Position numbers and translations under genes: made by a program | Shown here: positions 25,901 through 39,973 of the stretch, piece after piece | Layout: every line of letters begins with the position of its first letter | Position numbering within the stretch: position 1 is the first letter of the stretch | Assembly (NCBI GenBank): GCA_051362555.1 | Contig: CM120648.1 | Span: forward strand, 7,436,587 to 7,500,586 | DNA: 64,000 nucleotides | Direction of reading: 5' to 3' | Source: Lingula anatina | Taxonomy: Eukaryota > Animalia > Brachiopoda | The notes under the pieces: generated by a model | Databases searched by the model: none | What the model saw: the letters and a program-made list of their open reading frames with translations, nothing else | What the model was told of the DNA's origin: nothing

Positions 25901-28900
25901 CTGCACATCTTTTGGCCACTAAGATAACTCTTCTATTTTTCCTTACCTTGTTGGTTAAACCTATCCCAATAAGGTCAATCTATTGAACTAAATACTGAAG
26001 AAATCTATTATGAAAATATCTCATTTCACCTTTCGTAAATTAAATATACATATATATATACACCTATCTGAATAAAACAATTACAAACATATAGCTAGAT
26101 TTATATAGTTATCAAGAACTGGGTTATTGTTTTGCATAGACAACTGCATCTTTCCCATCAAAAGAAAGCCTCCCATCATAAAAAATAACTTCCAATGTCC
26201 CAATTGTTGACAAGAAACACAGGCATTCTCTCTCTCCCTCAGACTGTTGAGTGTTCGACGGGAAATAAAAATAGAAGGTTAATTGATAGTACTAAGATCA
26301 ATGTTTACGAGACAAACGGTTCTAAACAATGGATTTCTAAATCAACATCCTTTTCACTGGGATGACTTCGTGCATTGATCTTCAATAAGGAGATTCTGCA
26401 GCCTGAAAAGTCTAAACGAACGCAAAGAATAAGAAGCCCAGGAATAATTATGCCTCATAAAATATGCATGTGGAGTATCAATGGCATGTCTGATACTTTT
26501 ATTTTGTTTTCAGGTACTTATTGATGAGTGGTAATTTAGTTCCAATGAACCGAGAAGAGTTATCAATTCAGCATGAGATTAATTAATGGGAGAACATGTA
26601 CACAATCTGTTGCACTGAATTTTTAAAAACCTCTTTAAGGGCATGTGTAGTTTCTGCTCCCTTGAGAAGACCAATAATATCTAGAGCATCACCAATCTCA
26701 TTGAGCTAAATAATTCGAATTCTGTTCCACTTCCTAACATTTCAGATTTGAAGAAAGCGCTTTTTCTCAAGAGCTTGATCTATTCAACACCCCCCCCCCC
26801 CCCCCCGCCCCAGATTTGCTTATTTATTTTATTTATTTATCTTTTTAATCTTCCTGGTTTCTCAAATTAGTTGACCCAACAGTAATCACAAACATCCCCT
26901 TATCCCCCCCCCTCCCCCCACTCCCCAAAATAACTGACAATGCTCATTCTATCACATTTTTATCTTGGTCACAGGAATCTTTTCTTTTTACTTTTGTCAA
27001 TATATTGACTTAATTTGGTTAAAATTTTGTCAACTGACCATAAAAAAAAGTCTGCAGTGATTCAATTTAATATCTTAGAGTCCTCTCATTTGAAGCTACT
27101 ATGAATCAGAGCAACTAATACTACACCTTTACAGGGGTTGTATTCTGGAAAACTTGTCGAAAATTGAACCCTTAACCTTGGAAATTCAAGGTGAATTTTC
27201 CATTCAATAACTTAAAAAACCATTAATCACTTTCTACGTCAAGACTGAACAAATGAACACAGATGTAGCAAGAATAAACCACCATAACAATTCAATTTCT
27301 ATTCATTCAACGGTAGGGCCCCCACCCTATAATGTCTGCTGGTATCGCTTTGAGTTGATTCCTAAAAGAGAATTTCATCTTTATGTAATGATATTCCATC
27401 ACTTTTAAAGCCAACAAATTTACAAAGAGAAACCTTTCTTTGTCCCCCCCTCCCATTCCCACCTGAATGCGGGAAGCAGCAAGGTGCATATCAAATATTC
27501 ATTTAAAAAAACAATTAATACAGAAGTCCAAAATACAATACCTCTAAAAAAAATTATTTTTGATACAGGGAGTAACAAAGAGCACAGATGTAAGATGAAT
27601 ATGCCATCATATCTTTTAGTTTTCTGTTTATCACGCCGGGGGACCTCCATGTGATGATATTTCATAATGGTAGATTAATAAATGCTGTTCTTAGATGGCA
27701 GAGGAATTTGCAATAAAAGATATGTGGCATTCTGTCACACAATCCTGGAAACATCCATCAAAACAACAGGTGCCACCTCCTACACCCAGTTCTTTCCAGA
27801 CATACGCAAATGCACGCACATGCAAATGTTCGCATGCACACATACTAGTACACACACCAAGAAGCACTGTGAAAATTCTCTGAAATCTCTAACACACAAG
27901 ACCAAATGGCAATGTCTCCGCAAACGTAATCAATATGATCCTTAGTTGAATTTCAAAAAAATTTATTTTCCTGATTATGTAAGTCCACATTTTTTTGGTA
28001 TAAAAACAATTAAATTAAGTGCTTACCATTATAGGCAGTAAAAATTCATGCCAGCTCTGGTGGTCAAAACACTGCCACACTGAATGTAATATATTTAGGT
28101 GTGCCACATACTGTTCGGTTGGTTTTCTATGGTGAGATAATCACAGGTAATTAGACAACCTGTGAAGATGGGTCCCATGAGGCCAGGTCAAGGTCTTAAG
28201 AGTCTATATATACTAGCATCTCACAATGTCAAGAAACTGATACTGAACACTGTGACAGCTCTGTTACAAAAGACCAAAATAGTTTTATGTCACCTCCACC
28301 TTTCCATCTACCACACATCATGATGCATCCTAATGACAAAGCAATTGCCAGATACAAGTTTGTGATTTGGCCAATCGTGGAGGCTTTTATTAACACAAAC
28401 CCCTCAAGATTAATTACAGGTACTTGAAAACTAAGTTACTTAGTCCATTAAACATTTCTGCAATGAGCTGCCATCAATGTAATGGTTTGCAAAAAAAAAA
28501 AAAAAAAGAAAAAAAGAAAAAAAGCATAACTATCCCTAAAACTCATCACCTGTCTCTTTTCTCACCTGCACCTCCCCCTTTTCCATCTGCCCCCCACCCT
28601 GAATAAAAAAAAAAGATTCTAAGATTCTCAATGATTTTACTTTTTACAACTGATGTAATGCTTTAACAAATATTTCAACTTTTCTATAAGCAAGTTATAA
28701 TGATATAATTATCTCTACCTGCATGCAATTAATGAACCGAGCCAACCATTAATTAGCCCACATTTGTTCACCTGCCCATCTTCGCACCCTTTTTTCTTCA
28801 CCTGTCTCTCTCTCCCCCCCCCCCCCCCCACTTCACCTGTCTCCTCCCTCTTCCATCTGCAAGTGCCCATACTTTCTTACATTTTTCTATACTGATTTCC

Positions 28901-29711
28901 AGTTCTCCAGATTAAAAAATCAAACTGTGGTCATCTTCAGCAGTAGCCAGATACAACTGCACTCACACACGCATGCACATGCACACACATACACACACAC
29001 ACACACACACACAAATGTGCACGCACACACACAATTACTCACCACCTGCTTATTACTGGGAACTAAGAACATATGCTAAACGTCAACACCTGTTTATTTT
29101 AATGACCATCATCATTTTGTGTTATGTGTATTTTTGTTGATTTATAGATACCGACAAGTTAATGACAGGGTCTGGTTGAAGAGAATGAGAGCATCTTAAA
29201 AATTTTCAATGAAATATATTCTTTATGAGACAGGTGGCGCCCAACTTGTGAAATTATAATAAAATGAAATGCTTGAAAACCTGCTTCTTAAGACAGCTTG
29301 TTTCTGTATTTATCAAAAAGTATAATCATCTTATTTCAAAATACAATAAAAATTTTGCTCGGCCACAGAAATACAAGACAAGCCTCCATCCACACTCCCA
29401 TCAATAATGAAGACCAAAGCTGGGGGTTAATTCACACCTTTTCATTTTCAAAGAAAAAAAAACAAGCACATGCTTTTTCGTTAATCTGTATTGAATACAA
29501 ACATCTTTAGAAATACTGTTTCTGTTTGTTTCTTATGTTAATTCCTACCCACCCTCCCCATTTTGTGTTTAACTAAAATTTTAACGATACAAAAATCACA
29601 ATGTTTGTAAATTTTCCATTCTATAATTCCATTCAAATAACCAATATCTTTTATCTGGTTTTCTCTGTTTTTCAGTAAGCCCAACTTTACTGAGATATAA
29701 CCTGTACAGTT

Positions 29712-29768
<57 letters not shown>

Positions 29769-32700
29769 GTAGTTAGTCTAGGGTTGGATGATAGTAAGAC
29801 CATCCTGCTTCGACTCAATTCTACTTTGGCACGTTTCTTTTATTTTCCTAACTTTCTCTCTTTTTTGGTAAGGAGTGAAATCTGAGCTTTCCGTTGGACA
29901 CACGGACTGTGACAACGGCAGTGTTAGTACAGTGTTGGGTGACAGTAAATCCAGGTGGCGGTGTTTACACTATAAACCCCTCTTTCATTCAGACACCATT
30001 CATGGGCCTTATCTGCACTCATCTTGGTAAATATTGGCGGAAAATTGGTCCCTTTATCACAGATAATAAAGGTGGAGAGTTCCATTGAAAACTTTACTCA
30101 GTACATCACGGTTGTCAGAGCACTATTAGATAACGGTGAATCTTAACGGATTCCCTGTAACAAAAGAGTGATTACTTGCTCAATTTTACCAGGTAGGCTC
30201 AATGCTTGAGGGGTCTGGGTTACCACAACATAGCCACAATGGCAGGATGGCCGCAACAAATTGAGTTATTAAGTAACTTTTGTGCTAACTGTCACCGAGT
30301 TCTAAATCCCCGGTACAGCTGAATAGGCCCACTGAAGAAGTACCTCTAGTTTTGTTGTTATTGCTCCGTTATTTAGAATGAGTGATAATATGGCAGGGTG
30401 TCGTTACTGGTCCCTTTTCAAACCCACTACAGGTGCGTAAAATGCGCAATTAAAGGTGTAAGTCTGTGGCATAATTAAACAGACACTGCCTGTATCCCCC
30501 CTCGACGCTCACTTTCAATGGACCCAGTGGTAAGGAAAGTATGGGACTTGAATGACGCTAAACCAGTGGACAATGCCTCAATAGAGGCAGATAAAACCAG
30601 TGACAAATGTCTGCTGAAAATGAAATGGAATTGACAAATAACAGGGATTTTCACAGTTACTAAACTAGCTGATTGAAACATACAAGAAATCAACAAGTAG
30701 CAGATTGGAAAGCTGTAATCTGATACACGTTAAAAAATAATCTCCTGGCCTTCTATGACCTTTGACGACCTTGCTAACGGCAGACTTTTTTCAGGGCTGG
30801 CTCATAGCATTGCCAAGGTGCAGACTTTACTGTCAAATAAAGGCTAATGTCTCCATCTAAATGCAATGACATTTTTCCCAATTTCTTTCTCAAATGTCAC
30901 TCTATGGGGATAATTATGATATTTTAAAAGGTAGAATATCTTCTAATTTAAGTTTATAATTTATGATACAAAAAAAAAACAAAAACATTTTCACTGTTAC
31001 AGTGTTATTTACAAAAGACATGTTGCCTCCAAAAGCTGACTGAAATGTAAAATCAACCTCCAAATTGAGCCTATGAACAAAAATTTAATACATAAGGTAC
31101 AAGCTTAATTTGTAGAAAAAAATTAAACAAGTGAAAAGACATCAACATCTGCAATATCTCTTTGAACATTCAAGTACCCTCAACATTAAACAAAAAAAAA
31201 AGGGAAATGGAGAAAAAAAGTTTGTCTGACAAGTTAAACTGATATACCTCAACGATGGGGGTTAAAAGATCTAATCCCTCCAGTATCTTTCCAACTTTTG
31301 TTTTCCGCAAGATCTTCCTGCCTTGTTCTTGCTGAGTAACACAACACAGAGATTAGGCAGAAGACATCTGATTCTTTAAAATAATGAGGGGGCAAAAGCA
31401 TGCTCTCTGAAACAATTTCCGTCCATTAAAGATACATGTTCCAGAGGTCTGACACTGACAGTTCAGTCTAGTTTCATCTTTTTCTCCCTTTTTTTTTAAA
31501 CTTTCTCCATACAGCAGATTTTATTTGAAATAAATGTGTTCTTCTCCTGACATATTGTCGGTCCAGTTCCAATTTGCATTATTTTTTTTCCAAATTTGAG
31601 CATTTAATGTTAAGGTACGTTTGTTTTTCTTTTTAAGGTTTTTGTATACATTTTTCATAATAATCAGCCCTTAGTTTATTCAGGTTGTTTTTTTTTACAA
31701 AATTTGTTCTGTTAATGATAAAAAAAATAAATAAAATTATACTAATTTATGACATGACATCAAGGACTCACCAGAATGATATCTGGTTATAGTATTTTTC
31801 TTTCTTTTTTTCTTTTTTTTTTTTTTTTGTTTCAAATCATCAAAGCTTTCTCAATAACTGTGCTTCATTAAATAAATATCAATACCAAAATGGATATAAT
31901 TCCTTAAAATTTAGTTATGACTTTCAGTAATGTGACACCTATTTGCTTGATTGCACTGCATTATTTCTCACCTGACATGCAAATCAATATTTAATGTATA
32001 ATTACAAAAGTTATACTTCTTAATGAACCAAACGTGGCAATCAGGATTATTGGTGCTAATTTATATTATTGGAGCATTAAATTTTGAGATTTTACAACTT
32101 TTATGAAATAATTCAACAACGAGAAATGATTTTTTCACTCCATGTTTCATTCATTCAAATCAAACCTTTAAATTTCAACATCACGAAATTTTCAGATCCA
32201 GAATATTGCAAATTTTGTATATGCATACTGTATATATATATTTTGGGTAAGTAGCTTATAACATATTAATTGTACTTAAAAGACATCCTTCAGAGAAAAT
32301 GACCACCTTATATAATGCCCCCCCCCTCACACATTTACACCCGTTACGCATTCACTCCTGCGTCAGTGCTACAACTCCAAACTTTATTGTTCTGCAATGA
32401 ACAAAACACCAAGGAGTGCTTAAGGTCTCCAAACATACTGATACAGCAATAATACTGTTACAAATCAAGTGATCTTGACCGTGAATAAAACCGTTTCACC
32501 CTTTGACCGACGTCAGACAATCCCCTGCTCTAACCCTACACACTTTTCTTTGATCTTAGACAGTTTCTGGTTCCTAACATAAACAATCACGACGTGCAGG
32601 TGCGAGGGGAAATGAGAAAGCACGATGCTTGCGTCAATGGGACCATCTTGATCTATAGAGAGAGAGAGCACCGCGAGGGCCAATTTGCAACACGGTTCAT

Positions 32701-35700
32701 TATTTCATGCTTGTGTAACTACTGGATAGGAGCATGTCACGGGGGCTTGGTTCCATCTTTCTGAGACCCTATTCTTTCTTTCATGGGTGCTCATCCGTGA
32801 GCTGCCCTGACAAATTCATCTCATTTCTAAGCCATTATCACCTGCTATTAATTGTCTCCACAACAAAGATAACAGTTGCCATGTCAAAGATAATACAGTT
32901 ATCCCTCCTTTGTTAAAATAAAAACATGAAAATCCCAAGAACGAAAAGAAGTTGGCAGAAAAAATACGAAAAAGACTACACCCTCAGGTATTTTCCATAC
33001 ACTTGTCTTGCAGTCGTGTGTAAGTTTCTTCCGCGTGAGCGCACACGTAGTACTCCAATGCTGTCTAGATTAATTTAATGTGGGACTGAATATGTTTAAT
33101 AAAGCATGCCGTGCCTCTGTGCTATATCGCCGGAAGACATATTCTGTGTAGAATCATGTTTGTGAAGTGACACGGAGACAAAGAGGACCAGACAACACTC
33201 GTCTGATCATACCCGTGAATGCACATGCCCTCTGAAGCCCACGGGGCGCAAAGTTTTCACTTTCTCACAAAATACCAACAATTGTCCCCCATTCTGTGCA
33301 AGTCAGCAAAGAAAACATTTACTTTTAATTTTATCTTCATCAGGGCCTGGGTTCCATTGGGGTATGTGCGCCCGGTCTGCCCTATTCATACCTCCATTCG
33401 GAAGCGAGCTACCAATGTCTAAATCAATAAAGGATCTTCGAGATCTTCACAAGATTCTCGCCCGCGGCTATGCTATTCTGTAACCTCAAAACAATACTAA
33501 ATCAACAGGGCGATTAAGTTCCGAACACTGAGACCAAAAAACATCCACCTCCCAGGTGGAGGAACATTGTGACAACTATGGGAATTCTAAACAATGACAC
33601 GGCTATCTCATAGACGGAAAGAAACTTTGCGCATCGTTTCCAGAATAGGGTTTCCAATTTAAACCCAACTTGTTTTCTTAGAATACATCCACTGTGTCCT
33701 TAGATGAGAAAGTTAAACTGTACAAGCAGACAACTCCCCGCATTTTGTTCTTTAAGCAAAATTATCTCTAATCGATAGTGTAATTTTTCAAATGAAATTT
33801 TCGCTCTTGTATTTACACAGACAATAAACCAGAGACAGTGTGTTATCAAATCATTTAACCTGACGTCTCACGACTGTCTGTTGCATTATGTCAAGTTGCC
33901 AGATTTTAGGGAAGAATAACCGCAAATTAATTGCCTTGTTTTCCTGAGGAAGCCTTTTGTTTTCTTTATTTAAGGCAACAGAAATGGCCAATGTATGTTA
34001 TCAGATATTTTAACTGGAAACTGCAGACATCATCTTGCTGTTTAATATCTTGTCTGCTTATCCTCTTTAACTAAGGTGGATTTCAGGCAGAATTAGAAAT
34101 AAATTGCTTGAATTTTCTTCAGTCAACTTTCTTTTTTCATATTTGTTTTTTACTTTTTTAACATAAACATGTAGACTTTAGTATGACTGTCACTTGGTAG
34201 TAACTATAAAGGATATTCTGAAATTGATTGCTGTTTTTTTCTTTTTTTTTTTTTTAGAAAAAAAGGGGACCTTTTGATATCTTTCTTGGCAGCTCAAAAA
34301 AATCACTTTTCTTTTCTTCATATCTTAATTCTTCATGATTTTTCGTAAAGGTAAATACAAATAGTATATAATCACAAACACACACACACACATCCCAAAA
34401 AAATTTACTGCTAAATACTGGGCATAATTCATAAAAACTTCTTTCTTCAATGAAAATACTTTGCCTCCCTGTTTGATGTAGTATAAGAACTGTATCCTTC
34501 AGGGAAAACACCTGAAGATTCTGAAGACTAAATATTACATACAGTTACAGACGATACATTCAAAGGAAACCTTCAGCCTTCCATGACCCCATTGTTTGAA
34601 ATTTTACTGGCTCTCCTGAACTCTGACGGGGTCCAACAATGTCGTATTGATCCCAAAAGAAAGCGGATTACCTACTATTAAGGGTCGTCACAGTTATTCA
34701 ATTTTCCTTGTTACGCCATTCCATTTCATACTATTGAACGCTGTATCAGCGGTGTTTTTAGAATCAACAGTGTGCAACAGGTGATTGTAACGAAGCCACC
34801 GCAATAATTGGCAGACTTTTCATGGAGGAATCAGACATGCTCCTCAACCCATCAGGTGCTGTTAACCCCAACAAAAGTGCCACCAAACATTTGTTTACTG
34901 ATCATCATAAGAACAAACAAATCATAATACCTGCTGATAATTTAGTACTGTTAGAAAATTGAATTTGGAATCTCCAGATCAGCAAGATTTTCAATTTGTC
35001 TGAGGCAGAGGAGAGAAAGAGGTCTGACTGAATGAAAGTAGATTACTGAGGTCTGACGAAGGACCAGGGTTCTCCAGGCATTGTAATTTATAAAAGGTAA
35101 CAGTCAAAGTTGTCAGAATAAATAATCTTTTCAAAGACATCCCATCTCATTTTACCATAATCAGAAAAGCACATTGGGTCCCTCCAAGCCTATTAAGATC
35201 TATGAGTAATGATATATCCAATCACAATTCAGCAATCCCAATCAATGGTTTCATTCAAGTGTGCAAAATATAAACAATCTATTTAAATGGCCTGAGCCTG
35301 AGATCGTGTAAAAATCTGCCTGTTCGGATGGAAAGACCCAACCGTCCATCCATGGTTTGGTTAATAAGGGTCCAGGAGGGTAAGATTACTTCTTTGTTGG
35401 TCGGTGATCTGTCTGGAGACTCTGTTCGCTGAATGCGGCACAATACGAGCATGTCACGCACATACTGCCGTGAATGAATGACTAAACATTTGTGTAATCT
35501 ATCTACTGTTTGTGTTATCACTTGTTTGGAATACAATAAATTTCACACCTAACCCCGTTCTTTCATTGCCCCTTTTACTGCCAGAAAAGGTGTTAAAAAG
35601 CAAGCGGTAAGCCCTCAGGCGTGAAGGGCTTTTACAAACGCACATGTTATCTTTTATTTCATGTGCGAAAACTGTGAGTGCAGATACCGATATTAGGCAG

Positions 35701-38700
35701 ACAATGATGCGTAGCCGGCCAAGCAAAAGCCCTTTGCATGAGCGATTGCTTAGACCATGGGTGCATCCACCTGTGAAGTCAAAATTGAATAGATGCTACC
35801 CCCCTCCCAGCATTTGTGATGTTGACTTGCCGAGCAATGTTGTAACAACTGAAGATCAATTATGCACTTTATCATCTGAACGGAGAACTCAGGAAGTGGA
35901 TGGCTTTGCTCAGAAAACAAGTTTACTGAGTAAATAACGACTTGTATCTTGTCTCCCCATACTCCATTCATATTTATTGATAAATGTTACAAGACCCACC
36001 CATCCTACACAAAATTCAATATACAATTTATCTGGTCCATTAATGTATACATTAAGTGCTGAGAGTTCATAGGAAATGGAATCACTGATGTAAAGCACAA
36101 TTACAGCCATCATTTATAGGTAAACTTTACAGGTGTGCTTATACTACAAATGACCAATACAGACAATTTTATTGAACTCTTGTTGCGCCATTTAAGACAC
36201 TAGGATTTTAAAATCAGTATCATTTTATTGATATGGTTTGCTGTGCTTCACCATTAATTTTTCTGGGTTTCAATTGTGTACTAAATTATAAATAAATCTC
36301 TTTTTTTTTTAAAGATGTTTATCTCGAAGGTGTAGCATGAGGCAACCATAAGCCCCCCCCCCCCAATCTACTCACTCCCCCACTTGCTAATAAATTAAAG
36401 AATATAATCCATAATCTAACAACATTAAAAATCTCTTAATCCCTTCCAACCAAAATAAGTGCTCTGTCTCCATCTTCACCTAACATTATACTCCTGTTAG
36501 ACACGAATACAGCATTAAGAGATACAGGCCAAAAATAAAGAAGCCACTTCTGAAGTACAGTAACATTTAGAAAATGGTGTTCTCCTAATATCTACAAAGT
36601 GGTGGAAAATCAGATATGTCCAAAACCTCCAAGCAACCACACCCTTCCTAAGCCCCTACATATCTTTCACTTTTTTAGTCAAAATTGGGATAACCATCAA
36701 TTTTTATTTCTAAAACTCTCAACAGAAACTGATTGGAATCTGTTGTCAATAAAAACATGTTATTTCCTTCGAAAACATACATTTTTTTTTTTGCTTTTTT
36801 AAAGGGAAAAATTGTAATTGGATTGCATGTAATAGCCATATTTTTACTCATTCATTCATTTAAGAAAAGCTGAACAATGAATTTATCAAAAGCATGCAGA
36901 ACCAGTCATCTAAAAAAAAAAAAATGGCCAAACACACAGTAGAAAAAGTCTGAAAGCAGCTAAAACCTCCTTATGCAGATTCTGGTCTGACCACAGCCCA
37001 AACATCTCCATCTTGGCTGTCACAAAAATACCTCCGAAAGTGGCTTTGATGGCACATCAGGCAGACAGGACGAATCTGTGTGTAAACACATTGTCAGATA
37101 ACGCCACTCATCTAAGAGATAAGCAATTGTTGGTACACATATAAGGTGATGATATGGCAAGGGGCTTTGTGGGGGGGGGGGGGGGGTAAATGGGTACCTT
37201 GTTAGTGGATATTGGTACACCTTATTATAATAAGATGACATGGCACAGGGCTCTGTTCGGGGGAGGGGGGGGGGTAAGCTGTGGTGATGTATTAGGCTGC
37301 TGGCAGCTGGCATGATCAAATATAATAACCTTTTTTCCAAAAAGTGATGATTATATTTGGGGTCAGGTTTTAGTACTATGTCAGAGGATTCAATCTTTTT
37401 TTTTAGTAATGAGAGAGAGAGAGGAGAGTTTTAAGATATTGTAAATTAGCAACACTTGTCAGGAATTATTACATGTATGCTAAATTTGAACCGAAATTAT
37501 CTACTGAAAACCCAATAAAAAACTAGCTTGTCACTTTTAATGTGACATTCCCTTATCCTCATTGATATTAATCTATATTTCAAACCCGGATTTCAAACCA
37601 ATAGTAGCCAATAAAATACCCACTATCTAATCCAGGCGAGACAGTCATAGTAGTCATCATATAGATAGCATAAGTGCTGGTAAAACATGTGGAACTTTAT
37701 GTCATAGATAGCTTCTTTGTATGTCAATAGATACCGCAACTGCCCACATTGAAATGGTTACAGGATGACGGATTTTCACACATGCCTACAGCCTCGTTAG
37801 CATGGTTCTTAACTGAGATTAACTACACATTTCTATAAAATAATAATTACCATCAATAGCATCCAAAATTATCAATTTTCTGTACAAAAAAATACTAAAA
37901 TGAACAGTATATGTAGAGCTTTAACAGACAATAAAGCACCTAGAAGTCCAATATTTCACCTGAATTCATGTATTTACCAGATTCATTGACTATATCACCG
38001 AGAATCTCTTTTCGATGACAAACTGTCTCTGAAATAATAAGACAAGCAACAAGGACTGTGACATAAAGAGTTCATCCAAATAAAAAGAACTGTTCAACTC
38101 TCTCAGTGGTGGCATCCTAAAAGAAACCAGCTTCCAGCATTTCCATAAATAAAGCACCTAGAAGTCCAATATTTCACCTGAATTCATGTATTTACCAGAT
38201 TCATTGACTATATCACCGAGAATCTCTTTTCGATGACAAACTGTCTCTGAAATAATAAGACAAGCAACAAGGACTGTGACATAAAGAGTTCATCCAAATA
38301 AAAAGAACTGTTCAACTCTCTCAGTGGTGGCATCCTAAAAGAAACCAGCTTCCAGCATTTCCATAAATAAACACAACTTTATCCCCTGAAGGAGGCCACC
38401 TTTGACAGAAAACCCGTTGGGCATTTTAGGAGAAAAATGGACGCTCACTTAAAGGGCTTTTAGGCATAGAATCTCTTTGTGGTTGAAGGATCATCCCCTT
38501 CTTAATTATCTCTCTACCTTGCATGTTTGATGATGACATACTGTGTGCAGAAGGGCTTAAGGAAACAATGCTTGGAGAGAGAGTACCTCCTAAGCTATCC
38601 CGACTATTGTCACAGCCATTAGACACAAGTTTACACATCGCTACAGTGTACCCCAGGAGGGAGAGGAGAGATAGGCTGACAGCCTTTTTGTGCCACTTGG

Positions 38701-39932
38701 ACCCACTTCATCCCATCTATGCATTATATCACCTGGGAAATGCTGCCGGGTGTTTTGAAAGGATAATGAAGCACCAAGATAGAAAAAGAGAGATATATAT
38801 GGACATTCTGATTAAAATGTTATTTTTTTTCACCTTTATTGCTGAGGGTTTCCACATATTTCGGTGGACTGGTACAACTTAAGATTTTACATTTTTTCAA
38901 TAGTGTTGTTTTAAACATCTCATTTCAGTTTTTTTCAGGGTGGCTATTTTTTTCTTTGGGATCAATACATTTTAATCTATAAGGCACATTATTATGCACA
39001 TCATTAAAAAAAATTACAAGTGGATGGCACACTTACCAGACATATCACATATTTAGAAGGATCCTTATAAATAAATAATTTAAGATAAACCATTCATCTC
39101 CCCAGAAACTAAAGAAAATGCAAATCTTAGATAAAAATACTAACTTTATTTACCAACACTAATATCAATAATAAATCTACTCAAGTCCTCAAAACATTAT
39201 ATACATTAGAATGTTCTGTACAAGAAAATAATCCCTGAGGAAAGTATTGAAAGTATTAAAACTACAACCCCAATATCTATCAACTTTATGATGTCCATCA
39301 TGACAATATAACAACAGTGGCCACCCCAAAACCTTCAACGCCATTACAATAATCGGCCAGGAGGGGTTCAGAGGAATCAAACAAAACAGCCCATTTTGCT
39401 GGAAAAAGATTGGCTCTGGGTAAAAAAAATAATCTAGGTAAACAAAGGTTTTCATTATAAAAGATCCACTTTTTTAGAAAAAAAAACCCTCCCCCTTTGA
39501 AATTGCTGTCTACAGGCCTAATGATGGGGCTACATGGCCACATATAACAATGCCCCATGTTCTTCTGAGAAAGAAATGGGATTACAGTCGACACATACTC
39601 TAATGCATATTGGAGATTACTTGAAGAGAAGAGACGAGTATTTGAATAAGTCCGTCCAGATTTTACATCATCCTCGCTGTGTAAATTTCAGAATGTCCAT
39701 TTCAGTTGTGTACACAGGGACTCCATCCATTTCGTTGGCATGTTTGACAACGAGAGTCTCCGGACAATGGGAGGATTAGGGAGAGAAGAGAAAGCGAGCC
39801 AGGCCCATGCAAGGACAGCAGGGATCAGATATTTTAAACTGCATCACTTTGCTGATTGACCATTTGGGTGATGGGGACCAGCAACCAATGAGTTTGTGAA
39901 AATATATTCCCCCTCCCCCCCCTCCCCCTCCC

Positions 39933-39973
<41 letters not shown>

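Noticed and set aside
29890-30360. GC-richer block with faint inverted matches and a SINE/LINE-tail-like look
   Set aside because: No convincing TIR, TSD or A/B boxes.
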